64,000 bases of DNA, taken from the NCBI RefSeq assembly GCF_009914755.1, contig NC_060925.1; one strand, written 5' to 3'. The position numbers and the translations under genes were made by a program. This DNA comes from the human T2T-CHM13v2.0 reference genome, Homo sapiens. Below the pieces are notes generated by a model. That model was not told the origin of the DNA. It did not search any database and worked only from the letters and a program-made list of their open reading frames with translations. This document shows positions 1 through 13,230 of this stretch, piece after piece. Within the stretch, counting starts at the first letter, position 1. Each line of letters opens with the position of its first letter.

Positions 1-218
1 TTATACTTTAAGTTTTAGGGTACATGTGCACAATATGCAGGTTAGTTACATATGTATACATGTGCCATGCTGGTGTGCTGCACCCATTAACTCGTCATTT
101 AGCATTAGTTATATCTCCTAATGCTATCCCTCCCCCCTCCCCCCACCCCACAACAGTCCCCAGAGTATGATGTTCCCCTTCCTGTGTCCATGTGTTCTCA
201 TTGTTCAATTCCCATCTA
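1..218 (-). mobile_element. L1PA (young primate LINE-1) 3' end, heavily 5'-truncated, antisense to the gene
   Basis: ttatactttaagttttagggtacatgtgcacaa...ctcattgttcaattccca matches the L1PA 3'UTR reverse complement; similarity stops at ~218. Confidence 0.92.
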
Positions 219-939
219 GGAGTTTTCTTTACATCAATGAAAATGAATGGTGACAACTTTGGTTCCTTTCTCAAGTAGTTACCAGAATCCCCACACCCTC
301 TCCCACCACTGGCCCTGTAGCCCTTTCTCTGGAGACAGGCCTCTGATTGTAGAGACACTTGCCCACTGTAATGCAGGATTGGATAGAAAGCCTGAAATCA
401 TATACATGGAATTTTCCTCATCTTTCTTGCCTGGGTCCATTTTGGATTGATTGACTTGCTTTTTATGGCTAGGGCAGGCAGTAACACAGAGAAGCTGCCT
501 GAGTGGAGTTCTTGTTTTTATTAATATAAGGTATAAACAATGTGCCCTATGGAGGAGGTGTTCTGAAGCAGGCCTTCCTTGCCTGCTGCCCTGAACTGAG
601 GTATTACTGAAGTATTACTGCTTTCTGAGTCACTTCAGTCTTTCCTCTCCCTTCAGACCCCAAGGCTGGACATGCAGGAACTTCAGTTTTCAGCTTCCGT
701 CTTTCTCGTGAGGGTTTCTGCAGTGAGTTCTGTCTGGTTTCTCATTACCCAGAGCCCTGAGCTGGACAACAAACAGGAAACTCAAATGTCACTCTCATAT
801 CCTGGTCCTAACTGTGGAAACTGGAACTAGTCCTCAACCACCTTTGCTCTTCCCAGTGCCCCTCACCAGTCAATGGACACAGATCACCCTCTAAGTACGA
901 GAGAGAGACAGCACTACCCAAGAGCTCCGCACACCCCAG

Positions 940-1090
940 CACACACACACATCCCCCAAACACTTTTCTGGCATGCATGTGCGTGCACAGGCACGCACAC
1001 ACACACACACACACATCCCCCAAACACTTTTCTGGCAGGCATGTGCGCACGCAGGCACACACACAAACACATCCCCCAAACACTTTCTGG
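940..1090. repeat. Minisatellite, ~2.4 copies of a 56-64 bp (CA)n-ATCCCCCAAACACTTTTCTGG unit
   Basis: Core atcccccaaacacttt(t)ctgg starts at 951, 1015 and 1071, separated by CA-rich spacers. Confidence 0.9.
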
Positions 1091-1529
1091 TCAGAAATAC
1101 CAAACCCAGTGCATCAGACTAACCAGAATTGAGACAGACTTCACTGAAAGTCCTGCCTTGCCTTCCCCACCCCATACTTGATAGATGTATTTGAAACCTT
1201 ATGTAAGTCATGTTATCCCTTTGGATCTCCATTTCCTCAATACACAGTAGAGAAGATAAATCTTAACCCTACCTTCTTTGGATGGTACTTGTGAATTCAA
1301 ACCAGGTGATACATGCGAAGGCACTTTGTAAATGAAAGCAGTCTATAAATGGGTTGCTCCTATCTCGTAACTCCTAACCACTTCTCATCAAGGGTGTTAG
1401 CCCTGGGCCAACAGATGGATAAAGGGGGAGGAGAGGGAAGGTGGATGTCTGTTCCTGGTTCAATCCTAGGTTATGTAATTCCAAGTAGGAAGTAGGAGAT
1501 GGCATCTGAGAAGGCAGGAGAATAGAATG

Positions 1530-1740
1530 GAAACTTACGTTTACTAAGCACCTGCTAGATGCCAGATGTTAGATGCCGCCTTATATTTATCTCATTTAAT
1601 CCTGACCACATCTACAGTAGGTACACATTAGTGACCCCCTTATTTAGACAAGGAAACCAAGGTTCCTGGAGTTTAATGTGACTAGCCTAAGGTCACACAG
1701 CAAGCAAGTGGCCAAGCCGGCTGCATACCCATGTCTGTCT
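1530..1740. mobile_element. MIR SINE remnant
   Basis: ctcatttaatcct...gaaaccaaggtt...cctaaggtcacacagc core MIR motifs. Confidence 0.7.
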
Positions 1741-1918
1741 GCCAGCTGGGACGAGAGACCTTCACAAGAGAGGGTTTCCCACATTCTTGCTGTTTCATCC
1801 TGAGTCATGAATGTGGCTGTACATTGTATTCCAGTAAACCTCAGGAATAGCTGCAGAAATAATGAACACCAATTTCAGTGGTTCTGGAAGATTGTAAATG
1901 AAAGCCTTTAGTTCAATA

Positions 1919-2071
1919 AGATGCTCCTCCATTTACAGTGGGATTATATCCTGATACACCGTCATAAATTGAAAATATCATAAGTTGAAAATGCATTTAA
2001 TACTCTGATAAACCCATTGTAAAGTCAAGAAGTCATCATAAATCCAACCATTGTAAGTCGGGGACGGTCTG
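1919..2071 (+). mobile_element. MER47-like Tigger/TcMar non-autonomous DNA transposon (short form)
   Basis: agatgctcctccatttac...tgtaagtcggggacggtctg degenerate TIRs flanked by TA (1917-18, 2072-73). Confidence 0.75.
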
Positions 2072-2939
2072 TAGTTGAATATGTCAGGATAATTTCTGAG
2101 ATTTTTTTTAAAATTAGGCCACTTCTATAAGTGGTAACATGATAAAGTGGAAGGATCCACTAAGTTCTTGTTCTCGGGCTAGCTATGGGACTTTTGGTGG
2201 ATCAAGCCATTCTGTGCCTCAGGTTGTTGTGCATAAAATGGAGATAATACTGACTTTTCGCACCTTTCTGTGTGTTGTGAGATCAGATGATTTGCTAATG
2301 TGCTGGTAAATTCAGGATATTACTGTGGTCACCTATAAGATAGGACATTGTAAGCAGGGGATTTATGAGGGTAAAACAAACCCTTAAACCCCCTGTGATA
2401 AGCTATCTTTCCTTCCTAGTCTGCCTTCCAGAAGTTTTGCTCAGTTATCTGCGTACATCTCAACAAAAGCTGATTAACTCTCTCAGACATCAGTGTCTAA
2501 CTGTTATTAATGCTCAAGCTGATCAAATTACAATGCCACAGATCCTACTTGTGCTGTTAATATTAGATTTTGGATTCCGGTCTATAATGAATGATTTTTC
2601 CTCCATGCATTGGGAAAATTGGTTAGCAGAGTTCATAAGAAAGTTTAATTAGCAGGCTGTTTGTGAAAATAGCGGCTGTGAGTCATCATTCAGAATGAAC
2701 TAACATTTCTCAGGCTTGAATTTGTTCTTTTGTTCCTTGAGCAGCCACATAGGATCCTTGTGTTTGGGAAGCTGGTGTCCACATGTTGCCCATTTGAATG
2801 GCACCATGTAATAAACTAATAACCAAAACATCAGATTTAAAAAACCAGAGAGGAAGAGGAGGTATAGGGTGTTTGTATATATAGATATGTGTATCTGTGT
2901 CTGCTAAGGGAATATTTTAGGCCTAAGCTAATCCAGCAC

Positions 2940-3305
2940 GGTGCTAGACAGGATAGTCTAGTGATTAAGAGCTAGACTACCTATATCTACGTCTCTGCCT
3001 TATCATTTACTAGCTGTGTAACAGGCAAATTTTTAACTTCTCTGGGCCTCAGGTTTATCATTTATAAAATAGTGATACTGATAGGATTATTGTGAACATT
3101 AATTTATGTAAACTACCCAGAACAACACCTGGCATATAGTAATATAATTCTTACAGGAGTTCTGTGAGATGTAGGTATTATTAGCTCCATTTTATAGATG
3201 AGGAAACAGCTGTGTGATCTTGGATAAGAAAGTAACTTATCTAAGATCACACAGCTTCTAAGTGGCAAAGTCGAACCAATGTTTATTTGACTCCAAAGCC
3301 TCTGT
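2940..3305. mobile_element. Two adjacent MIR fragments in opposite orientation
   Basis: tactagctgtgt..ctctgggcctcag..ataaaat followed by ccattttatagatgaggaaac..aagatcacacagc. Confidence 0.65.
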
Positions 3306-3369
3306 TTGTATTTACTATACTGTACTAGCTTCCAGGGTCGTATGCCTAGTTCATTAAGTGTAGATACTC

Positions 3370-3408
3370 TGTTTGTGTGTGTGTGTGTCTGCATGTGTGT
3401 ATGTGTGT
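3370..3408 (+). repeat. (TG)n microsatellite containing TGCATG
   Basis: gtttgtgtgtgtgtgtgtctgcatgtgtgtatgtgtgt read directly. Confidence 0.9.
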
Positions 3409-3722
3409 ACCTATGAGAGTTTGCTCCTGCTTGACTATCCATACAGCCACACACAATTGTTTTGCATTTTTTTCCTTGGGTCTTTGGTTCTCCTAGTGAA
3501 ACTTCAGGAGCTCACTGCTGACTACTCACACAGTGAGCTAGAACCAGACTTGTACAACTTGTACCAACATGAAAATGTGTCTTCAGATGTCTGACTCCCC
3601 TCCCCACTATGCAATTCTGTCCTGTGTCTAGATTATCCCAGAAGCAAGACTCTGTGATGTCATCTGAGAAGCCAAATCATAGACTGTCACAGTGAAAAGA
3701 GACCTTAAAAGTACTCCATGGC

Positions 3723-4026
3723 AGCCAGGCCTGGTGGCTCACCCCTGTAATCCCAGCACTTTGGGAGTCCAAGGCGGGTGGATCACGAGGTCAGGAGTTT
3801 AAGACCAGCCTGGCCAAAATGGTGAAACTCCATCTCTACTAAAAATACAAAACAAGCTGTGCATGGTGGCAGGCGCCTGTAATCCCAGCTATTCGGGAGG
3901 CTGAGGCAGAGAATTGCTTGAACCCAGGAGGCAGAGGTTGCAGCAGTGAGCCGAGATTGTGCCACTGCACTCCAGCCTGGACGACAGAGCAAGACTCCTT
4001 CTCAAAAAAAAAAAAAAAAAAGAAAG
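3723..4026 (+). mobile_element. Full-length AluS
   Basis: Dimeric Alu with A-tail; degenerate TSD aaa(g/a)tactc(ca/tg)tggc on both sides. Confidence 0.96.
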
Positions 4027-4276
4027 AAATACTCTGTGGCTTGGTCTTATTTTCAACTGGCAGGATTGTTATTTCAGGAACTATAGTTCAGGTTTGGGGA
4101 CCAGATCCCCCACCTTAAGTAAAAATCTTGAGACAGTATTCAGTCCTGTTTCAAAGGGTAATATTCATTTGAGAATTCCATCTAAAAATCTTTTCCAAAG
4201 GCGCTTAATTGATAATGTTTTTTAAAAGGGGTTCTGTGACCAAATGAGTTTGAAAAACTGAAGTGAACCAAGTTTA

Positions 4277-4712
<436 letters not shown>

Positions 4713-6690
4713 CTAAGCCAGTAGAGAAGAATGGAGTCCTTGGAGGATAAATTTGAGGGTGGGAGACAAGGAGGCAGTTTGCAACAGTTCCTACATGAAG
4801 ACCTCATTTATTTCATTAAGAAAGAGGGGAGATCTTCTGCTGCCCCGGGGTGGGCAAGTAAAAGCGTTGGTGTCCTGGGAAAGTCTCACCTACTCCCAGG
4901 AGGAACAGAAAATGATGCCATATGGATCCAAACTCTAGCATCAGCACAGTCCCATCTCACACTAGGCATTTTTTTGAAAATTATTGAGTACTGAGCACGT
5001 TCTGGGTATGATTCAAACCGTGGGTTCATTTGGTGTCCTGACTGTCAGGGTGACATTCCATTTTCCATTGCCTGGAAGAGCTGAGCCATTAGAAGGTCTT
5101 CGTATTTTGCAATCTCACTCGTATTCCTGGGCACTCCTTCATTTTCACATCTGCCACGTACTTGACTCCATGTAATGAAGCTGGTCATTCTTGCTTTGTG
5201 TAGCCATTCCCCAAGAATCCCGAGCTTTTTAGAAAATCAAAGAAGATGACGTTCCCCCGCAATTTCTACCCTAAAGACCTATTTCTGCATGAGTTGTTCT
5301 TGGGTTTTTATGTCTTTATTTTGCCTTATTTCCTACCTGCAAGTTAAATAGCAATGAAAAGGGAAAACATACTTTTGTTTCTTGTTTTTTTTCTTCTTCA
5401 TGGATCTGGGAATTTCTTTCTTTTTAAACATTTGTTGAAATCAAACTAAGATGTTAGAACATGGTGGTGAGCTTCATGCCTGGCACTTTACTATCAGCGA
5501 ACTCCTCGATGATAAGGACAGAGGTGTCCATTTCTGCATTTCACACAGATATTAGTGGTAGATCCAAGGCCAGAGAGCACCTTAGTGTTATTTCAGAAAG
5601 GACACGCTGACAGAGGTTTTCAAAGTCCTTCAGCTAACATTTGGCATCCTGACTTATCTCTGTATGGACAAGTTATTTATCTCATCTCCTTGAGTGAGAG
5701 CCATAAATGTCTTTCACTTTGAATAAGGCAGTTTTAATGGATTTATATTCTGTTAATGTTTATGAAGTATTACTCTGTGCCAAGCCCTCTCACATAACTT
5801 ATCCCTTTTGATCTAAATCCCAACATGATATCAGGAGCTTCTACATGCGCTTTGTAAGAATGGTGTCTGGTGGGAGTTTTAGAAGCCATTGTCTTAGTGT
5901 TAAATATAGCAGTTCCTTTCATGCACAGACATTTCACCCACAGAAAGTCTCATTTTGCCCAAAGGCTAATTACAGTGTATGTAATTAGTATTAACCTGAT
6001 AATTTTTTCTATCTCTTCCTCTTTTGTTGCTAAACCCTCGTGGTTAACATCAGCTGCATTGCTGGAATCACCTGTTGGTTTGCATCCACTCTGGGTGGAA
6101 TGTCTTGTCTATCTGACACCCAGACCTTTGTTTCATGTGAGAGTAAGCCAACCAAGAATTAGGAATTCTGGTTCATTTTTCTGGCTAGCTGGGAGTTTGC
6201 CAAAATCATCCTCTTTTTTTTTCAACCCTTGTTAAAAACATTTTTAAACGTGTGACTATTCTTTCCTGTCTTGTAAGAATATTCTGAACATAATTTAATT
6301 TAATGTTGCTTCGATTAAGAATCTTTCATTGCCCCAGGGTCATCAGTCTGAATACTCCTTCTTTTTGTATGATAAATGCTGAAGGTGAGATAGTTGTCAC
6401 TGAGGCTTCTATTGTCCTAGTGCACTACTTAGAATATCTTTTCCTTTTCAGTTTTTTTTTAACTAAGTACTTGATACCAGCTTTTATCTTACAAATTTCC
6501 TTTCTTTTCTGAACAAACAGAAGAAAAATCAAGTTCAGATTAGTTCAGTTTTTCGTTTATTGAGGTGTATTTTTGAAATGTGTATTTAAAGATCTGTCAT
6601 TTGGAGCAATTTATTTTATATAACAAACCAAAAGGGTGGGGGAGTGGAAGACAAGAAAATACCTCCTTTGAGAAATAGTTGGTTGGCCTT

Positions 6691-6852
6691 TCTTTTGTTT
6701 GTTTTTTGAGACAGGGTCTCCCTCTGCCATGCAGCCTGGAGTGCAAGGGCAGGATCGTGGCTCCCTGCACCTCCTCCTCCCAGGCCCAAGCAGTCCTCCT
6801 GCCTCAGCCTCCCAAAGTGCTGGGATTATACATGTGAGCCACTGCACGCAGC
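6691..6852 (-). mobile_element. Alu monomer (FRAM/FLAM-like)
   Basis: tttgagacagggtctc...ctcccaaagtgctgggatta..gagccactgc; TSD ttggcctttctt on both sides. Confidence 0.88.
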
Positions 6853-7512
6853 AGTTGGCCTTTCTTAATGAATAGTGTAGCTTTGTAATTGGTCTTTCTG
6901 CTTTTGGGACTGCTAGAAATGAATGTATATAGTCTGTGCATTTTCATGTTCAGAGACATCATTTTACATCTGTGTGAACAATTTGGCTATCTTCTCTGAA
7001 ATCAGAAACTCTATTAAAGGCCTGTATGGGCTTTGGAGCTGGATGGATGTTCAGATCTTGGAATCTGAGGCCTCCTTGATTATAAATTGCAATGATAATG
7101 CTTACCTTGTTGGATTGCTTTAGACAATAGATGAAATGATAGAAATAAAATGTTTAGTATACTGACTGGCACTCACAAAATGATAACTGTTTTTGTTACT
7201 ATTCATTCACTTATTGAATTCATTCATTCATCCATCCATTCAACATAGATTTCTTGAAAATCTACTATGTACCAGACATTGGTCATAACAAGATCCATGT
7301 GGGTCATAATAAGACTCACGCGCCCGCCCTTAAGGAACTTAGGGTCTATTGAGAAATACATTCAGTTCAACAAGCTTATATTAAATACCTACTGTAGGCC
7401 AGGCACTTTGCTTGTTGCCATCTTTATGCCACATGATGAGTACAAACATCTACTTAGGAAGCCAGAATATACCCTCTGGAAATAACCAAGGACTGGCCCA
7501 AGGTAATTTTAA

Positions 7513-7860
<348 letters not shown>

Positions 7861-8509
7861 TAAACAATATTGTTGGCAGAGAGCAGACACACTCAAAATT
7901 ACAGATGCTTAAATGCTTCCTGAATCTCTGCCAGAGATATAAGGAGATCTCATATACACATCTGAGAATGGATTCAACTTAGAAATGGTATTGACAGTAC
8001 AGGTTGACATCAACAACAAGTGGAAGTGATGACTATAAATTTCGTGACAGTTCTTTCTTCTCGAGGAATGGGTGCTCATTGTGTCCTCTCCTTCTGGAAT
8101 GCTCTACTATACCTGTTGCCCTTGACTGCCTATTGCCTGGCTGTCTCCTGTCAATTTTTTCAAATTAGTCTCAATTCAGATATCACATCCTCCAGAAAGC
8201 CCTCTCTCATCTCACTATTGTAACACTTAACTATACTCTACTATCACTGATAATTCATGAGTCTGACTTTTCTACTAGATCATGAGCTCCTTGCTTCTTT
8301 CTTTGTCCTCAGTTTCCACATCTGTAGAAGGGATTTGAAGATGGCTGATACTAAAGTCTTTTCCAAGATTGTCATTCTATGATGTACCAGATCCAGTTTG
8401 AAAGGCACAGCCAAGTTGGGAGATGGGAATGGGATACTTTGGGATATATATTGGAATTAAATGGGAGAACAAAGACTTGGAGTTGGTACTAGAAAACCCA
8501 TGCTCTCTC

Positions 8510-8812
<303 letters not shown>

Positions 8813-9486
8813 ACCGCATGCTCTCTCAAAGTCTCAGGCATACTATGCTAATGTCAGGTATTTAGCATACAAATGAGCACATATTCAAGAAACCAGGGCA
8901 CAGCAGAAAGTACACTGGCTCTAGAGTCAGATGGGCCTAGCCACTATTTTCTAGACAAGAAAGCTACTTCTCCCTCTGGGCCGTAATGGGCCTTAATTTC
9001 CCCTTTAGTAAAACAGATATCAAAATACCTGCTTCAGAGGGTTGTAAAGATTATGTAAGTAATGATATAAGTGAAGTGCTTGGCCCATAATGCGTGCTCA
9101 AAAAATATTTGCTATTATTTTTATTTTCTCAGTTAGAAATAAGTATAAACTGAAACCCACTATGAGCATTGAGTCTAAAATAAATATAATTTAGAACCTT
9201 TAAAGGGATCTTATGGGTCAGTCTTACCTACTGCTCTAGCATCCTCAGACAAATAGTAGGTCTGGCTTCTGTTTGCACATGTCTAGGCATGGGGCTCTCG
9301 CTACCTCACAAGGCAGCCCACCCCTTAAAAAAGCATTATTAGAAAGTTATCCTTTTATAAAGGCAAAAATCTGTTCCCTAATTTTCTTCCACTGCCTGAC
9401 TCTCATTCTCTCCTTCAGGGCCCCACATAGCAAGTCTACCCTTATTTTCCCATCATGACCTTTGAAAATATTAGAAGGGACTTTGA

Positions 9487-9603
9487 GGTCAGGCACAGTG
9501 GCACATGCCAGTGCTTTGGGAAGCCTAGGTGGAAGGATTGCTTGAGGCCAGGAGTTCAAGACCAGTCTGGGCAACACAGCAATACAATATAAAAAATAAA
9601 AGA
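9487..9603 (+). mobile_element. Alu left monomer (FLAM-like)
   Basis: ggtcaggcacagtggc...gaggccaggagttcaagaccagtctgggcaaca plus A-rich tail. Confidence 0.85.
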
Positions 9604-10149
9604 AAGGGCTTTGGATACCTCTAGAGTCTTCTCTCCTTCAAACTAAATGCCCACAGGTCTTTCACATGTGTCTTATGGGATCGGGTTCCGCTTACCAACT
9701 TCCTATGGACATGGGTAAGGCTCTGGTAAAAAAAAGATTTTGCTGCTTTTCCCGGTCCTTTTATGTTTGGTATTTGGGAGACTGAAGGTAGTTAAGAGAA
9801 TGTAAATATCCATGTGAATAGATAATATTCATTAGTTTACCCAACAAACATTTACTGGATATCCAATAATGTCATGGGCCCTTTGTTAGTTCCTGGGGAA
9901 AGAGAAATGAATAAAGCAGCATCTTGTTCCCATGTTGCTCCCAGTCTAGCGGGGAACAGAGACACATTACCAGACAGTTTTCAAAGGATGTGTCAGTGAG
10001 AATGTTCGCCTGATCTGCAAGACTGAGGGGAGGGGGCCACTGTAGTTTTTTCATACATGTCTTATTCAGCAGCATGGTAATTCAGATTGAAGAAACTAAG
10101 GGTGCCCCTTTCCTCTTTTCAGTCATTTGACAAGCGTGATGATGGATTG

Positions 10150-10348
10150 CCCTCACATTCACTTGTGCCACTGCTCCAACATGCCAAGCACGTTCCTGCT
10201 TCAGGGCCTTTGCACATGAGATTCCTTCTCCCTGGAATGCCCTTTTCTCTAACAGAAGTGACTGGCTACCACCCTTCAATCACCCCAGCCCTTTCCCTCA
10301 GATCTCTGCTCTAACATCATGTTAGCAGTGAGGCCTTACCTGACCATC
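10150..10348 (+). mobile_element. L2 LINE 3' fragment, interrupted by the HERV-L provirus (resumes ~14362-14635)
   Basis: cttcagggcctttgcacatg..ttctccctggaatgc..cagtgaggccttacctgacc L2 motifs; continues with cctatttaaaaa...tgcctggtacataac..ctcactaaatatctg after the second LTR. Confidence 0.75.
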
Positions 10349-11181
10349 TGTATTAGTGAGGGTTCTCTAGAAGGACAAGAACTAACAGGAGATATATATA
10401 TATATAGATATAGATATAGATACACACACACACACACTCACATATATATGTGTGTGTATACATGTATATACTATGCATATATACGTATATACATATACCT
10501 ATATGTATATATAGTATATATGCATATACACACATACACGTATATATGTATACATATATACGTGTATGTATACGTATACATATATATGCATAAATATATG
10601 TATATAGGTATATATATGTGTGTATATATGTATATGTGTGCATATACATATATACACACATATACATATATACTTATATATGTATATACATGTATATGTG
10701 TGTATATATACATATATGTGTATATGTGTGTATATATGTGTATATGTGTGTATATATGTGTATATATATGTGTATATGTGTGTGTGTATATATATATGTG
10801 TGTGTGTATATATATATAAAGGGGAGTTTATTAAGTATTAACATACACAATCACAAGGTCCCGCAATCGGTTGTCTGCAAGCTGAGGAGCAAGGAGAGCC
10901 AGTTCGAGTTCCCAAACAGAAGAACTTGGAGTCCGATGTTCAAGGGCAGGAAGCATCCAGCACAGGAGAAAGATGTAGGCTGGGAGGCTAGGCCAGTCTC
11001 TCCTTTTCACGTTTTTCTGCCTGCTTTATATTCTAAGGCAGCTGATTAGATCGTGCCCACTAGATTAAGGGTGGATCTGCCTTTGTTAATCTCTTTTGGC
11101 AACACCCTCACAGACACGCCCAGGATCAATACTTTGTAGCCTTCAATCCAATCAAGTTGACACTCAGTATTAACCATCACA
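10349..11181 (-). mobile_element. MLT2A LTR (3' LTR) with expanded TA/TG microsatellite
   Basis: MLT2A termini and body; the simple repeat occupies 10392-10817. Confidence 0.92.
10392..10817. repeat. Compound (TA)n/(TATG)n/(TG)n microsatellite, ~425 bp
   Basis: Read directly; it accounts for the spurious Y/I/V/C/M-rich ORFs in the track. Confidence 0.97.
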
Positions 11182-11554
11182 GGTCCACCCCTTGTCAGCT
11201 TGAACCCATACACATCTCTTGAGGTTATAAATAATCTTCAAATAAAGGTAGTAATAAGCTCATGATTACACCTAACATAATACAACTATCCTTCAAACAA
11301 CCAGAAACGCACCCATCCCCAACCCAAATACCATTATACTGAGTTAACAATACTTAAATGCTGATATGAAGTCAATAAATCTTATGTCACATGATAAAGG
11401 AAAAGGAAATAAAATAAAGACATTTTCTTAGTACAAGTGTATACATGCACAAACATGTCTTTAGCAAAAGAAGGAGGAAATACCCATGACAATTACAGTC
11501 CCTGTTTCTGTACCCATTTGTATTCCCTTTGCCTTCAGCAAGCACCTCAGCAGG

Positions 11555-11857
11555 TCATGGTTTTTTTCCTGGTGGAATGACCCAAACCTTCATTCCTGAG
11601 GTGTCTGGGCCATTTGCAGTCCTGCCTGGATTGGACTGTTGTAGCTTCCCATTGACCTTAATCACAGGGCGTGGTAATACTAAGAGACACCCTAATGAAT
11701 CTCCTGTATTCCATGTATATTCTTCCTTACCTCCATTGTGGAGTAGTAGACTAATTTCATCTTGATAGTCTGGGTCAATCACCCCAGCCAACACTGCAAC
11801 TCCCTTCTTAGCCTGTTGACTTAAAGGTAGGAGGAGCCCAAAGTGTCCAGGCAGCAA
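11555..11857 (-). pseudogene. HERV-L dUTPase remnant
   Basis: ORF LPGHFGLLLP...KKGVAVLAGVIDPDYQDEI has the dUTPase motif 3 (G.ID.DY), placed after integrase as in ERV-L. Confidence 0.85.
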
Positions 11858-11931
11858 TCTTAACTTCTAGTTTAATGGAATTGTTATTGTGTCTCCTGTT
11901 GGCAGCGTTCCTCCCTCTGGAACTAAGACCT

Positions 11932-13230
11932 CTAGGCCAGCAGAACGTGGTGTTGCAGGAACAGGAACAAAAATTTTGCTAGTGGATCACTAGAGGTGAT
12001 GGTGAGTGGTGCCACTTCCACTTCCACCCCTTGATTCCTGGACCCATGAATCCTGGCTATGGGAGAAACAGTACCATATATTGGACACTGATTCAGAGCA
12101 TACACAGCCTTCTGGAGAACTTTGCCCCAGCCCTGCAAAATATTGTCACCTAGTTGGTTTTGTAATTGTGACTTCAAAGGCCATTCCATCATTCTATCAA
12201 TCCAGCTGCTTCAGGATGATGGGGAACATGGTAATATCAGTGGAATTCCATGAGCAAGAGCCCACTGCTGCACTTCTTTAGCAATAAAATGAGTGCTTTG
12301 GTCAGAGGCAATGTTGTGTGGAATACCATGATGGTGGATAAGGCATTCCGTGAATCCATGGATGGTAGTCTCGGCAGAAGCATTGTGTGCAGGATAGGCA
12401 AACCCATTTCTGGAGTAAGTGTCTATTCCAGTGAGGACAAACCTCTGCCCTTTCCGTGATGGAAGAGGTCTAATATAATCAACCTGCCACCAGGTAGCCG
12501 GCTAATCACCCCGAGGAATGGTGTCATATCAAGGGCTCGATAGTGGTCTCTGCTGCTGGCCAATTAGGCACTCAGCAGTGGCTGTAGCCAGGTCACCCTT
12601 GGTGAGTGGAAGTCCATGTTGCTGAGCCTATGCATAACCTCCATCCCTGCCACCGTGGCCACTTTGTTCATGACAGGGGTGGCTGGGGAAAGAGGCTGAG
12701 TGGTGTCCACATAATGGGCCATTCTATCCACTTAATTATTAAAATCCTCCTCTGCTGAAGTTACCCATTGGTGAGCACTCACATGGGATACAAGTATCTT
12801 CACAGTTTTTGACCACTCAGAGAGGTCCATCCACATACCTCTCCCCAAATTTCTTTGTCACCAATTTTGCAATCATGCTTCTTCCAAGTCCCTGACCATC
12901 CAGCCAAACCATTGGCTACAGCCCATGAATCACTATATAATTGAACATGTGGCCATTTCTCCTTCTATGCAAAGTGCACACCCAGGTGCACTGCTCAAAG
13001 TTCTGCCTACTGGGAAGATTACCCTTCACCGCTGTCCTTCAGGGATGTCCTAGAAAGGGGCTGTAGTGCAACAGCTCTCCACTTTCGGGTGGTGCCTGCA
13101 TAGTGTGCAGAACCATCTTTAAACCAGGCCCTAGTTTTCTCTTCCTCTGTCAACTGATCATAGGGAACTCCCCATGAGGCCATTGGCGCAAACTGGGGAA
13201 GAGAAGGCAGGGTGGCAGGAGTGTCCCCAG
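11932..13230 (-). pseudogene. HERV-L pol remnant (RNase H and integrase, disrupted)
   Basis: ORF 11932-12192 ...WGKVLQKAVYALNQCPIYG is the integrase C-terminal part. Upstream minus-strand frames give RNase H-like segments broken by stops and frameshifts. Confidence 0.8.

Noticed and set aside
940-1090. Repeat-spacer-repeat pattern superficially resembling a CRISPR array
   Set aside because: The spacers are homologous CA-rich sequence in a primate intron with no cas genes; it is a minisatellite.
10319-11049. Several 70-166 aa ORFs rich in Y/I/V/C/M/H/T
   Set aside because: Translations of the TA/TG microsatellite in the MLT2A LTR.
11555-11857. Possibly domesticated retroviral dUTPase
   Set aside because: No ATG start, the N-terminal motif is cut off by an in-frame stop, and the surrounding pol is disrupted; it is a decayed HERV-L remnant.
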